Source of the DNA: Takakia lepidozioides
Lineage: Eukaryota > Plantae > Bryophyta
Length of the DNA: 64,000 bases
Direction of reading: 5' to 3'
Assembly (NCBI GenBank): GCA_030704615.1
Contig: CM060734.1
Location: 6,572,001 to 6,636,000 of the forward strand
Shown here: piece by piece, positions 11,575-23,200 of the stretch
Numbering within the stretch: the first letter of the stretch is position 1
How the letters are laid out: each line of letters starts with the position of its first letter
Notes under the pieces: model-generated
Seen by the model: the letters and a program-made list of their open reading frames with translations, nothing else
Database searches by the model: none
What the model was told of the DNA's origin: nothing
Program-made: the position numbers and the translations under genes

Positions 11575-14500
11575 AGTGACGACGAGCCCGACACGCTGGT
11601 GGTATCATTGACAGCTCCAACTGCTCGAGCAGTCACTCCAAAAGCCGCTACTCATCGCATGTTTGGATCGCCCAACTTGGGGCGGGAGGGCAAACTAAAT
11701 CCTTTTGTTGGTGGACGGGAGGACCTGCAGCGAGAGTACAACAGAATAGGCATTGGGGAGGTTGGTGCAGGCGGCATGGTAGGTGAAGGGCGTCGGATGA
11801 GGACAACAGATCCGACAATAGAGGAAGTTGATGCACATGCAGTAGGGCCCGCCCACGCAAAGAAGAAGAAGAAGAAGAAAGCCAAGCACATGCAATCCCC
11901 GGCGAGAGAGCCGTCACGGGCTGCGGAGGGGGGAGTGAGCAGGGCGCGCGAGGGTGTCAGTTCGCCTCAATCAAAGGTGGTCGTCCTGGAGGCCTCCCGT
12001 GCTGCTACCCCTAGTAAGAAACAGAAGGCCCGTGAGAGGGCAAAAGAACAGGCAAGACAGAAGGCTAGCCAGGAGGCAAGAGAAAAGGCCACTGAAGAGG
12101 CCAGGGTTGTGAAAATGACAGATGCCCATGTAAGCGAGGGACGCACAAAGACGGTGGATCCCTCCAAGACACCACAAACAGGCAGTAACACACCGGTTAC
12201 ACCATCGTGGGTGGGAGCAGCCCACCAAATTACCCATACGGTGGAGACTGGAGGAGGGGAAAGAACACCACAAAGAGCACGATTGTGGAAGTTCGAGGTG
12301 AAGCCGGGGAGAGTGCTCGAGGTGGTTCCGGCGGTGGTTGACCATGTTGAGGACGACGAGAGGGAGCTTTCTGACCAGGATGACATCCTCCCGGACATCC
12401 CCAGGCCCCAAACCCGGAGCATACAAGCTGGATTTGGCGGTCCGGGTGGGCTACCGGAGAACCCCCTTGCAACAGACGTCATGTCGGAGGCGGATATGAA
12501 GTTGGCCGCTGCCAAGATGTTGGAGGCAACCCACAACAACATTGGCAGGGTCCTGGGGGGCATGGTGTACCCGGCCAAGCTTCGGATTCCCCTTTGCCAC
12601 TTGGTTTCATTGCAGGTGGTGAAACTTGCCCTCCCAGGCGATATCGACAAGCTGAAATTCTCTTTCCGGGAGGGATATCGAATGGGGTCTGCCGCATTTT
12701 ACGTTTCCATGGAGAACGACCACGGAGCTTCTTGTGCCCACACTTCCGATGAGGTGGACAAATGGGGTCCCCATTGGCAAAGGCGAAATGAGGAGTTCGA
12801 GAGATTGATTGCTACTAATCATCTTTTCCAGCACTTGTCTGGAAAGATGTTTTACGTGTGGGACGACAATCATCGCCTCCTGGCATGGATGGAGTACATA
12901 GCCCAAGCCCACCCCAACGACCTGGATTGGCATTTCGCCGTGGAGTGTGTTGTAAGGTTGCGGGGCCCAAAGATTGCAGTCTTCTCAAAGCGGCAATGGT
13001 AGTCATCAACTCGTAAATTACAATGCCTCTTGCTTTGGAACTTTGAATTTGAAACAGTCATTACATTGCCAATCGTCATATTTGTTGCAAATTCTCATTT
13101 CTGTATTGTTTAATGGAAATGTGGCATTGCAGGGTGACTAAGAATGCCTTCATTGCCACCAACTTGTCCCATATGCTCTTCCGAGAGAAGGATGTCGGGA
13201 AGCAAGGGGTGCAAGAGTTTGCCAATTCGCTCAATGCTGACTTGCTGCGCAAGTCGGAGGCAAAGGCAGACAGAACCTGGTATAGGCTGAGCATGGACGC
13301 CATGGTGGACTACATATTTCGGGTAAAGCTCCTGACTGTTTTGTTCAGCTTATCTGTCTCTCCTCCCCCAATAGAAGAAAAAGTGTTGACCAAGATTTCT
13401 AATTATATCTGCGCATTCTTGACAGACAAAAATTCAGCAGGATTTGGCACATGCGCGGAGGTTCTACATGGAGTCAGAGGAGAAGAAACTAACCCTCCCG
13501 GCACTGGAATCGTATCTCAAAGCTGCGGAGGCGAAGGCCCGCATAAAGTACAAGTCGCGGATGGTAAAGTACGTGGCCATAGCTGATCCCGCCCTTGGTG
13601 CCAACTTTCTGGTGGAGGTGGGGAAGCACTACTCCCGCGCTCTGAAGCCCACGATGACATTGGAGAAGCTGCATCGTCTAGCCACATCCTGTGTGGATGC
13701 AACAGAAAAGGTTATACATTCTTAACCAAATTGTCGTGGCAGCAATTCATTTTTGTGGTGTTTGGTGCTTACTAATATGCTGGGTGGTTGGATAGACCCG
13801 GTGGCTCCAAATCTGGAATGGTTCCCAAAGTACAAGGGACATGTGGAGCTTCCCCAAACCCGACAAACTGTCCGACCCCACATTCGACATGAGAATGAAC
13901 CACATGACATGGTGGTTTCAGGTACTTTCCCACGCTTCATTTGGGGCTTCTACTCTTGTATCGGATGGATTTATTGTATTTTTTGAGGAAAGCGGTCTGA
14001 TGGAGAATGTCCACAGGTGACGACGAATGCGCAAGAGCAGCTTGACACACAAGCACATCAGTTCAAGCTAGAGATTTCTGGTGAAGCAGAGAGCCTACGC
14101 GACTATGTGACGAGGTACTTTCTGCTCTACAAAACCGACCTATTCTTTCGAGAGATACCCCATGCCCGCCGGAGCCACGAGTTCACCGACCAGCCGAACG
14201 CGGACAAAGCGGCAATGCGCCTTCTGTACAGGTACATACGCGATGCCTTTCTTTTTAGTCCCTACATTTCGAGGATTTAAGAGGCCTTATGTGGCGCATG
14301 AAAATTAGTTGTGAAGAAGTCCTTGGAAAAATAGCGCCGAATTTCCGGATTCGGGCCCTAGGGGATGGCTGTCCAGGGGGTGGCTGGCACTCAGTCTGGA
14401 AATTCGGCGCCATTTTTCCAATTGCACGCCTAGTCAGATCTGGGACTTAGCCATTCTCGGCCTCAACCTGGGAAAATGGCGCCGCATTAATCGTTCAGGG

Positions 14501-17381
14501 CCCCGAAAATGGCTAAGTCATTGGGGTGTCTGGCACCGAAACTGGAAATTCGGCGCCATTTTTCCAGTTCCGGGCCCAGTCAATTCTGGGACTTAGCCAT
14601 GATATTCCAGTTCAAGGCCCCGAAAATGGCGAAGTCCCTTGGGTGGCTGGCACCGAAACCGGAAATTCGGCGCCATTTTTCCAGTTCCGGCCCAAGTCAG
14701 TTCTGGGACTTAGCCATTTTCGGCCCCAATCTGGGAAAATGGCGCCGAATTTCCAGTTCAGGACCCCGAAAATGGCTAAGTCCCTGGGGTGGCTGGCACC
14801 GAAACTGGAAATTCGGCGCCATTTTTCCAGTTGCGGCCCCAATCAGTTCTGGGACTTAGCCATTTTTGGCCCCAATTTGGGAAAATGGCGCCGAATTTCC
14901 AGTTCAGGGCCCTGAAAATGGCTAAGTCCCTGGGGTGGCTGGCACCAAAACTGGAAATTCGGCGCCATTTTTCGCGTCTATTTTGCAGTTTCATTCCCTA
15001 AAATTTACCTTGTTCCCGAGACCTCATTCTGTGTGTGTTTCTTGAATGCAGGTACTGCAAGTTCTCCCTTTCGGTCATCTGTCCTTCGAGCCGCCATTCT
15101 TCCTCGCATGGAGGAACCCTAGGGCTGACTCCATGCACACTGACGTTATTGTGAAGGAGTGGCATCTGGAACATTTGCGCGACTGCCCTTGGTATGTGGA
15201 CCTTCCGCCCGGCTCGCTCGACTCATCCGTGTTTCAATTAAAGGTGGATGCGGAGGCCCAACGAAACCGGGCTCCGCTGCCTCCGCTGGGTCCAAAGGAG
15301 GCGAAAGCGCTTGCCAAGTCCAGGAAAGCGGCAGAGCTTGCTCAGGCAGGTATTCAGGAGAAATTGAATGAGAAGAATAAAGGTCAAAAGAAAAGGACAC
15401 GGAAACAGGGGAGTACAGTAACCCCCAAAAAACAGAAAACCACCGGGGCACCGGAGGAGGCGCGGGAGGGGCCCCAAGGGAGTGACTCCGACGACGACTT
15501 TGTGCAAGGTCCTGCGACTGCTGCTGCTGGTACCAAGTTGCCGGTCACCTGGGTTCCCAAGTCAGTTTGGACTGGGACTGGCTCTACCAAGAAGTTGGCA
15601 TTTGAGGGCAAGCCTACACGGTGGTATTTGGCGGTGACGTTTCCGCAGAGGCCAAAGCTAGAACCCCCAACCATCATCCAATGTGTCAATGAGAGCTTCC
15701 TTGACACTCTGGCTGCCAGGGTGAAGAAGGTGGCACACAACAAGTCTGTGGAGGAGCTGAAGGGGAAAGCCAAGATGGCTCCCAGTACAGAGCCTAAAGA
15801 CACCCCTGGTTTTGAATCCATGATGGAATTCTTCACGGCTGTGCGCACGGATTGCAAGAGCACTTGGGGGGGGGGGTTGAGGTGGAGAGAGCCTGCGATA
15901 TGATTCTCCTCGATATTCAAGATGGGGAGCTGCTGGAGGGCCTGGATGGTGCCCACCTGGAACAGGTTTACTGAGGACTACTGGAGAACCGGGTTTGGGC
16001 TGTCGGGGATGCTCCTGGATGACGGTGGATGTATTGTGGTCCTTGCCACAAGAGGGAAGACCACAGACAATGTTGCGGCAAGGTGGACACCAAAAAGTGT
16101 CACCCCGGTCCTCCTCAAAAAATGGTTCTGCATCAATACGCAGGGGTTGTGAACAGAGGGCCAGAGTGTAAGTTATCAATCTATTGCATTCACTTCATAT
16201 TGTGGTGTATCTGAACTAGACCCTGGAGTTGATCCCTCTTTTGTTGGATGTAATGTCGTTTGAGGCATATTGTTTTGTGAAGAGAGGATCTACGTTCAAA
16301 TTCCGCAACGATGGTCGTCTTGTTGATGCCGCTGTGGACCCTGTTACCTACGATGTCCTCTACAACTATGTGCCCCACTCCAGTATGCCGAAGGACACAA
16401 AGACAAGCAAACCGTGGCGGTACAGCCGAACCCGGAGCCCTGCTTTCATCCAAACCCTCATGGAGACGTGCTCGGATGTCCAAGGGCGGATTCTTGACCT
16501 CACATGCGGCACGGGTAAGCCTTCACGTGCACAGTTTGTCCCCTGGCCCAATTGCAATTGCATGCCGCATGCTACTAACTGCCCGCTTTGTCCATCAGGT
16601 GCTTCAATGTGGGCAGGGACGTTGTCCAACAGGCATGTCTTCGCCTTCGAGCCAGATACTGCCCTCCACAACTCCGAACTTGTAGCGGCTGAACGTCTGC
16701 CAGAGGCATCCTCAGAGGAAGAGGAAGAATCCGACAAGGAGCAGGGGGAGGTACAAGTTGGGATCGAGGCCGAGGAGCCCCCGGTTTACGAGTGAGTGGT
16801 CGCATTGTAAGTTGTCTCCTGATTTCGTGAGGCACCTCCCTTCGCTCTCTTATTTCATTGAAAGAGCCTTTGTGCTTCTGCTGGTATTGACATTCTTGAA
16901 GTGGATTTGTTCTTACTGTAGGATGCCAAGTACTGCAGGAGGGACGTCTACACCGCAGTTTATGGGCAGGAGGAACGTGCCTTTTTTTGCCAGGGGGGAC
17001 TTCATGCCGAGTCCAGAAAGGGACTAGATCCTTCCTACTTATGCTGCCCGACTTGCTTCGGTGTCAATTAGGAGGTCTTCCGAACCTAGTCGTGTACAGC
17101 AGATTTTAGACGAGGCAAACCTCAAGAAAATGAAGATGAGGGAGGAGGCAGCAGCTATTAGAGCCCGTCAGGCTCGTAGATTTGTCGTGGATTCTACTGA
17201 GAAAAGTGGGGGAGAAGAGGCAGAAGATTCCCAGGAGGTGAGGTGGACAGTCCCCCAAGGAGAGGATGGTATTTTTGAGAGGCATAGTGGAACTTATGCA
17301 TCTCATAGCTCAGAGGATGGGGGGGATGAGGGGGATGAGGAGGAAGGTGGGGCAAGTTTCTCGGAGGGTGTAGGAGAGTAG
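11575..17381 (+). pseudogene. Longer copy of the ParB-like / beta-class amino-MTase fusion gene (about 9 exons, disrupted)
   Basis: ORF 11599-13002 has a low-complexity N-terminus, then IPLCHL...DIDKLKFSFREGY...FYVWDDNHRLLAW. GT-AG introns include 13323-13425, 14232-15051 and 16515-16598 (TACTAAC branch point at 16573). Splicing the last one gives ILDLTCGTGASMWAGTLSNRHVFAFEPD. Frameshifts at about 12955, 15070 and 15870. Confidence 0.75.
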
Positions 17382-17453
17382 TGCCCATTCTGGCTATGAC
17401 AGTTAGGACACACTTGTATAGATGTGGCTTGCCACAAAATTTGCAATAAAATG
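12621..17453 (+). repeat. Right arm of the ~4.9-kb inverted duplication
   Basis: Reverse-complement match to 1-4888, with scattered substitutions and small indels. Confidence 0.95.
14326..14972. repeat. Tandem array, 146-bp unit, inside intron 14232-15051 of the ParB-MTase gene
   Basis: Unit starts at 14499, 14616, 14762 and 14908 (one unit has a 29-bp deletion). Core imperfect palindrome AACTGGAAATTCGGCGCCATTTTTCCAGTT. Confidence 0.9.
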
Positions 17454-17659
17454 TTGCATTTCATTGCTATGACGAGTCCACTGGTGCCAAATTCCAACTT
17501 CATATGACCCTATTTCCGTGCCTCCTAACCCTATTTCCGTGGACACACAATGGTCCGCTCATGTTTTTTTTTTTTTTTCCGCTCATGCTCATGCCGCTCA
17601 TGAAATAGCAGCCCCCCCAGTTTTAGGACAGTTTGCAAAACTCCCTCACCGTAAGCCGG

Positions 17660-17953
17660 GTATTTGCTCTCCGGAGCCCAATTTCGGCGCCGTTATTGGT
17701 CGCACTCCCGAGCCTTCAGCCGGGTATTTGGTTTCCGGACCCCAATTTTGGCGCTGTTCTTGGCTGCACTCTGGTGGCTTCAGCCTAGTATTTGGTTTCC
17801 GGGGCCCAATTTCGGCGCCGTTATTGGCTGCACTCCGGAGGCTTCAGCCGGGTATTTGGTTGGCGGAGCCCAATTTCGGCACCATTATTGGCTTCACTCC
17901 CGAGCCTTCAGCCAGCTATTTCTTTTCCTGTGCCCAATTACGGCGCCGTTATA
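17660..17953. repeat. Tandem ~64-bp repeat (about 5 copies) with cccaatttcggcgccgttattgg core
   Basis: cccaattt... recurs at about 17678, 17741, 17805, 17869 and 17933. Confidence 0.85.
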
Positions 17954-18214
17954 CCCAACCATCCTGCACTTCTGCAACAGTACTATCCACGGTTATAGGT
18001 CGCCATTGCGTTTTCGGAGTCTGCAAACCCAGATCCTAATTCCGCTTGCGTCCCTTCCTCCGGGGTAATTTCGGTTCCGTTATTGGCCAGAATTGTGTTT
18101 TTATATGACCTGGCCTGGCGGTCCATGAGCTTGGGCTCCAAGTCATGAGTGGATACTGGTACTTATGAGCGGAGTGCTTCCAGCATGAGCGCGGAAATCT
18201 TCGAAAACCTTCTC

Positions 18215-20180
18215 TCCGAGAATGAACGGGGCCGGCAATCAAAGCCTCTTCCACTAAGTGCACTACCAAGTGCACTTGGATGTCAAAGAAGGAGGGAGAA
18301 AGGTTCATCTCCAACATACACATTACCTCCGCCGCCTCCTTCTTCATGCGTGGAAAATCTGCTTCCTCCAACTCTCTGGAGCAAATCCACCGGAACAAGC
18401 CTCCCAATCTGTAGATTGTCTCGCAAACCTCGGAAGTCAATGTCCCACGTGCTGCAATGGGCAAGATATCTTGCAATATATTATGGTAGTCATGAGACTT
18501 CAAACCATGGACAGTGTCTTCGCTGAATTTTGTACGGAGGGATGATTCATACCCGGTTGGTGTCCGGATAGCATCTATGGTGGCTCTCACTTTGTTGTAT
18601 TCCTCCTTTGTCCATTGCCAAGGTGCGCGCCTATACTTCCACCGTACAACACCCTTTGGGTCCACACCATTTTGTTCAGCCCATAGATGGCGCATGCGAC
18701 CCTGCTCCTCAAGCTCCTTTCTAACATCGAGAGAATCTCCTTTTGCAGCCACTCCCTTATTTGCCGGCGTGCCATGAAAAACCCGAAAAAAGGATGAACA
18801 GACATTCTTCTCAATATGCATGGGATCTAGAAGATGGCGAATCTTCAGGTCCTACATATACCCCCACCCACAAATACTTACACAAATATTTTGACGTGAA
18901 AGTGACAATGTAACTCATACAAAATGTGCAATATCACATGCATGCATAAGGACATTGATGGTGTTTTTGTGGAATATGTACCGCTCAATATGACAACTCG
19001 TAGAAGATTGAAAGTCGCTTCATGCCGGGCACGTCCACTTCACCGACCGTGCCTGGCGCCCGCATGGGCCTCTTTCCATCGGTCCTCCCAAAACTGCCCG
19101 GATGGTGTCACGGGGGGGGGGGGGGGGGGGGGGGGGTACTTCCTCTTTGCCATCAAACAAGTGTTTCTCTCTTCTTCTCCATCGATGGCTCATAGGAAGA
19201 AACTTGCGATAGTTGGGATACACCATCTTGTGAAGATGGCGGGAGCTATGTGCATCAAGATCATCGCCACAATGCAAGCATGCATGGTACCCTTTGGTAC
19301 TTAGCCCCGAGCAAACAGTTAGTCATGTACACATCCCACCACATTAGCAAAGACAAAAAGTTGTCATGTGCATGGCCCATAATGCCATCTACCCCACTAC
19401 GGTGCACAAGACTGTCGCCGCTACTTCTATCAATCCCAATCCTCATCGATATTATCCGGCCTTGACAAGTGAATGTATGCGGGTTCTTCATGGGGAACAT
19501 AATATACCTGGATAATCATGCATTGTCTAAAGCAAGATGCCTCTCATATGAAAAGATTGTCCGGTCATAGGGTCAAGTGAAACATCCAATGCTGGGACCC
19601 CCCTCCATAGCTCCTTAAGTTCATCAACTAGAGGTCGCAAGTACGTGTCCATGTTTGCCACTTGTTTTTTCCCTGTGAGATATTCACATCATTGTTTCAA
19701 TGCTCCACCAATATGCAAATTATACTACATAGTGAATTACACGTCTTACTCCATGATTATGTCACTCATCAATCTTGCATCCGAATTCAAAAGATTAATG
19801 TAAAGTCCAAGGGAATAATAAGAATGAAATGGGAACACTCACCTGGTACAATGGCAGCCAACATGATATGGCCTTTTTTTATTGAAAGATACGGAGGGAT
19901 GTTGTAATTCACCATGGTCGCCGGCCAAGTGGAATGACTACATGACTGGACAGAGTATGGGTTGACCCCATTCGAGGAGAAGCCGAGGCGGACATGTCGT
20001 GGGTCGTCCAAGAGAAAATGCCACATCTCTTCAGTATGCCTCCATGCTTGTGAATCTTGTGGCCGCACACCTTTCCCGAGGGGCTCCGATGCGAGACGTG
20101 CCATCTCATTAGTGTTGCCAATGAGGGGCTTCGGTAATGTGCCTTCAATCGCGGGATCATCGGAAAGTAATGCATTTTCT
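18215..20180 (-). pseudogene. CACTA/En-Spm TnpD-type transposase (Transposase_21 + DUF4218-like), disrupted
   Basis: YFPMIPRLK; DPRHVRLGFSSNGVNPY...STWP..MVNYNIPP; DPMHIEKNV; GLKSHDYH; PSFFDIQVHLVVHL...GPVHSR. These are hallmark CACTA transposase motifs. Introns and frameshifts present. Confidence 0.92.
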
Positions 20181-20629
20181 AGGATGAAATACCCCAGCTC
20201 CCCCACATGTAATCATCCCATTAGTACACATAATACAACACCCTTATGTCTTTCCCTTTATGCACCCTCTCCCTCATTAGGAAAATAATGGTCAAAACCG
20301 AACGTCGCTAATATTACTCACTCCTTCCAAAGCCACAATCAGATCTTGCATGAGTACTACTCTCTAAACCCCAAACTTTGTGGAATACACTTTACATGCA
20401 TTGAGAAGATTAAAGAAAATAATTTCCATGCGAGGGGGAAAGACTCTGAGGCTTCCCTTAGTACCCTTGGGTACCTTGGGGTACCCCTGATACCCTAGGT
20501 TCATCCCCCCCCCCTGACCCCCGGTGTCCCCTGGACACCCCTTTCTTATAGGGCCCACTCCCAAAAGGGGGCAGCAGCTGTGAGGCGAAGTGGCTCTTAG
20601 TTACGCCGGCTTCGGCCAGAGTCTTCTCT

Positions 20630-21060
20630 CTCTTCAAAGTTGCTAGATTGAATCTCAAGTCTAGAGCTGTTGAGTGGTTTAGGAAGCAAAATCCTAGGCC
20701 TGATAACTGGGAAGATTTCCATGCAGCAATCATTGCCAAATTTGGGGTGGTTGACCTGGCTGAAATCAAGATGAGGTTGGATGCTATAAAACAAGAGAAC
20801 CGCCAAAGAGTCCAGGTTTACTATGATACATTTACTCGTCTCTTCATGAACGGAGGAATCCCTGATTTGGAGCAACGAAGACGTTTTATAGGGGGTCTTA
20901 GACCCGAGATCATGAGGTCCATGTTGGGCAGACGGTTTTGCTAATGTAGAAGAGGCTTTGGAAACCGCCATAGAGATTGAGAGAGGCTTGGGGAAATTGG
21001 GAGAGACACCACTTGAGCCTATGAGTGGGGAGGATGCTGATCAAGCATTCTATGTCAATC
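20630..21060 (+). mobile_element. Ty3 gag fragment
   Basis: LKSRAVEWF...WEDFHAAIIAKF...IKQENRQRVQVYYDTF...FIGGLRPEI, resembling Retrotrans_gag. Confidence 0.75.
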
Positions 21061-21193
21061 CATTGGACAAGAGATTGGATTGTCTCACGAACACCCTGTA
21101 GAGGTACTTTGAGATGTGAAGTGTCATTGGGGAGTCTTCGGGGAGGAAGGCAGCACCCAAATAGGTTTGTTTTAGCAATTCTTGTAATAATGA

Positions 21194-21630
21194 TGTTGAG
21201 TGGATTTTACTCATCCATCCCTTAGCTATCCGTGGTGGATACTCTATGGTAGAAGAGTTAGAAAACTCTAAGTACTCAGCCTGCTCAGAACAATCAGTCA
21301 TGACCTACAGCTAGTGTATCATGGAGGTGTCTTCCTACACCCAACCCTTATGGCATCCATGATATGTGTATTGTGCCCTTAATACTTAAGGTTATGATAC
21401 ATATTGCTTATCACCTATCTAGGCATTCCACAGCTTCTCTCTGGTCTCTCTACACATGCGAATGCGAAACATGAATCAGTATTAATATCACTGTCATGAG
21501 TTAGGCCACCGCCTCAGTAACATCCTAACTACTTTGTGTAATCTCTACTATAGCTTGCAGGCATCCAGCATCATTATCTCGTCTCCCTCTCCCTGTTGTC
21601 CACCTCCGCATGCCATGATCGTCCCAAGTA
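21194..21630 (-). mobile_element. Diverged LTR fragment related to the LTRs of the 51.3-63.7 kb element
   Basis: tgttgagtggattttactcatccatcccttagctatccg is the reverse complement of the LTR 3' end at about 63630-63669. Similarity continues to about 21630. Confidence 0.8.
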
Positions 21631-23200
21631 GCACACAAAAGAAGTCCCCTCAAAAGAACATACAAAACAAAAGTAGGGTCTTAGCTTTGGGATTAGGACA
21701 ACAACCAACATTGAGATGACAAACACTTAGAAGAGAGAAGCAAAACAACACAAAACAACAAGGGAGTTCATACGTAGATTAGGTTACACATGTATGAACT
21801 TCATCCAAATCAAACGTATGGATGACAATTTGAAGAAAAAGATTGTAATATCAAATGTTAATTTTTAAAATATTTATAAGTTTTTTTCATTATATTTCTA
21901 TATATTGTAGTCATCATAGTTGAGTTTGTATTTTAAAACCAACATAAACACAAAATAAAAATTAAACCTAACAAGTACATACTCTAGATGTATCAAACAT
22001 AGTTCATGAGGAACATAAGATAGTGTTTTAATATTACTAAATGGGTTTCAATTTTTTCATATATATATATTATTAGATTTATTAAATTAAATGATTTATT
22101 TCTGTGTTTTTATTCAACATGTTGTCTCTATATTACTAAATGGGTTTCAACTTTTTCTTATAGATTATCATTACAATTTTTATTAAATGATTTATTTCTG
22201 TGTTTTTTATTCAACATGTGGAATAGGGCATGTTCCAGTCGCCATACACTGCAATGATTGGTGTATGGCGACCCAGTAGATTCCCATACACTGATCATTG
22301 CACACCTGCTGGTCCCGCCATACACTGCACGGATTAGTGTATGGCAAGTGGCAGCGACGTGGCAGCCCGTCAGGGGTGGGGCGACGTGGCAGGGAGCTCG
22401 CTTGAAGGCGGGCAGCGATCAGGAGGAGCGGAGGTGGCAGGGAGCGCGGAACAAGGCAGCGCGGGCATGAGGACGGGAGCCCGGGCCCGCGGCGGTATCC
22501 TAAAAACCGCTTGGGACATAGTGCCGAGGATGGCCGAAGGGATGGCTAGTGTACACATGTGGCGATGGTCACAAATAACTGAAGTGCCGGAAAGGAGTGA
22601 TGGCATGACCACCAGCTCCTGCGTTGTATCTCTAGCGCGTTCTCTTGTCCTTCTATCCGTCGTCGCCCTCGGTAGTATAGCGCTACCCTAGTGTTATTGA
22701 CTTACCCACAAAGCCGCGCCTACTACGTCCGTAACCGATCTGCTAGTATCGCTTGTATTTTTGTTCGCCTCGTTCGCTCGGCTTTTGTTCTCTCATAGGG
22801 TTGGTTTCGTAGTTGTGCCTGCTGTGGTCTTGGGCGTTTCTAGATTTGCTGTTTGGAAAGTACGAATTACTTGTCTTTGCACTGCTGTTGTGGAAGAGGT
22901 TTCTCATCGTGAATCACTGCGAAAAGAGGGGGGTGGGGAGAGATCCGTAGATTGGGTGGGTGGTTCTTTTCTGGAAGGCTAATCCGCCTGTCATGGACTC
23001 CTGTGGTGTGTGACGGTGCACACATATGAGTGGGGCTCTGTATTGATAACGAGGAATTTGGAGTCAGCTCAGAATTGCAGTCCCATTTTGCAGAATCAAT
23101 TGAGTTGTGGGTCATGGAGAAAACGATGAGCTGCCAACAGAGTTAACCTACCGCACTATACTATCGTGTAGAGTAGCAAAGTATTCAAAAAGCTGTAGAG

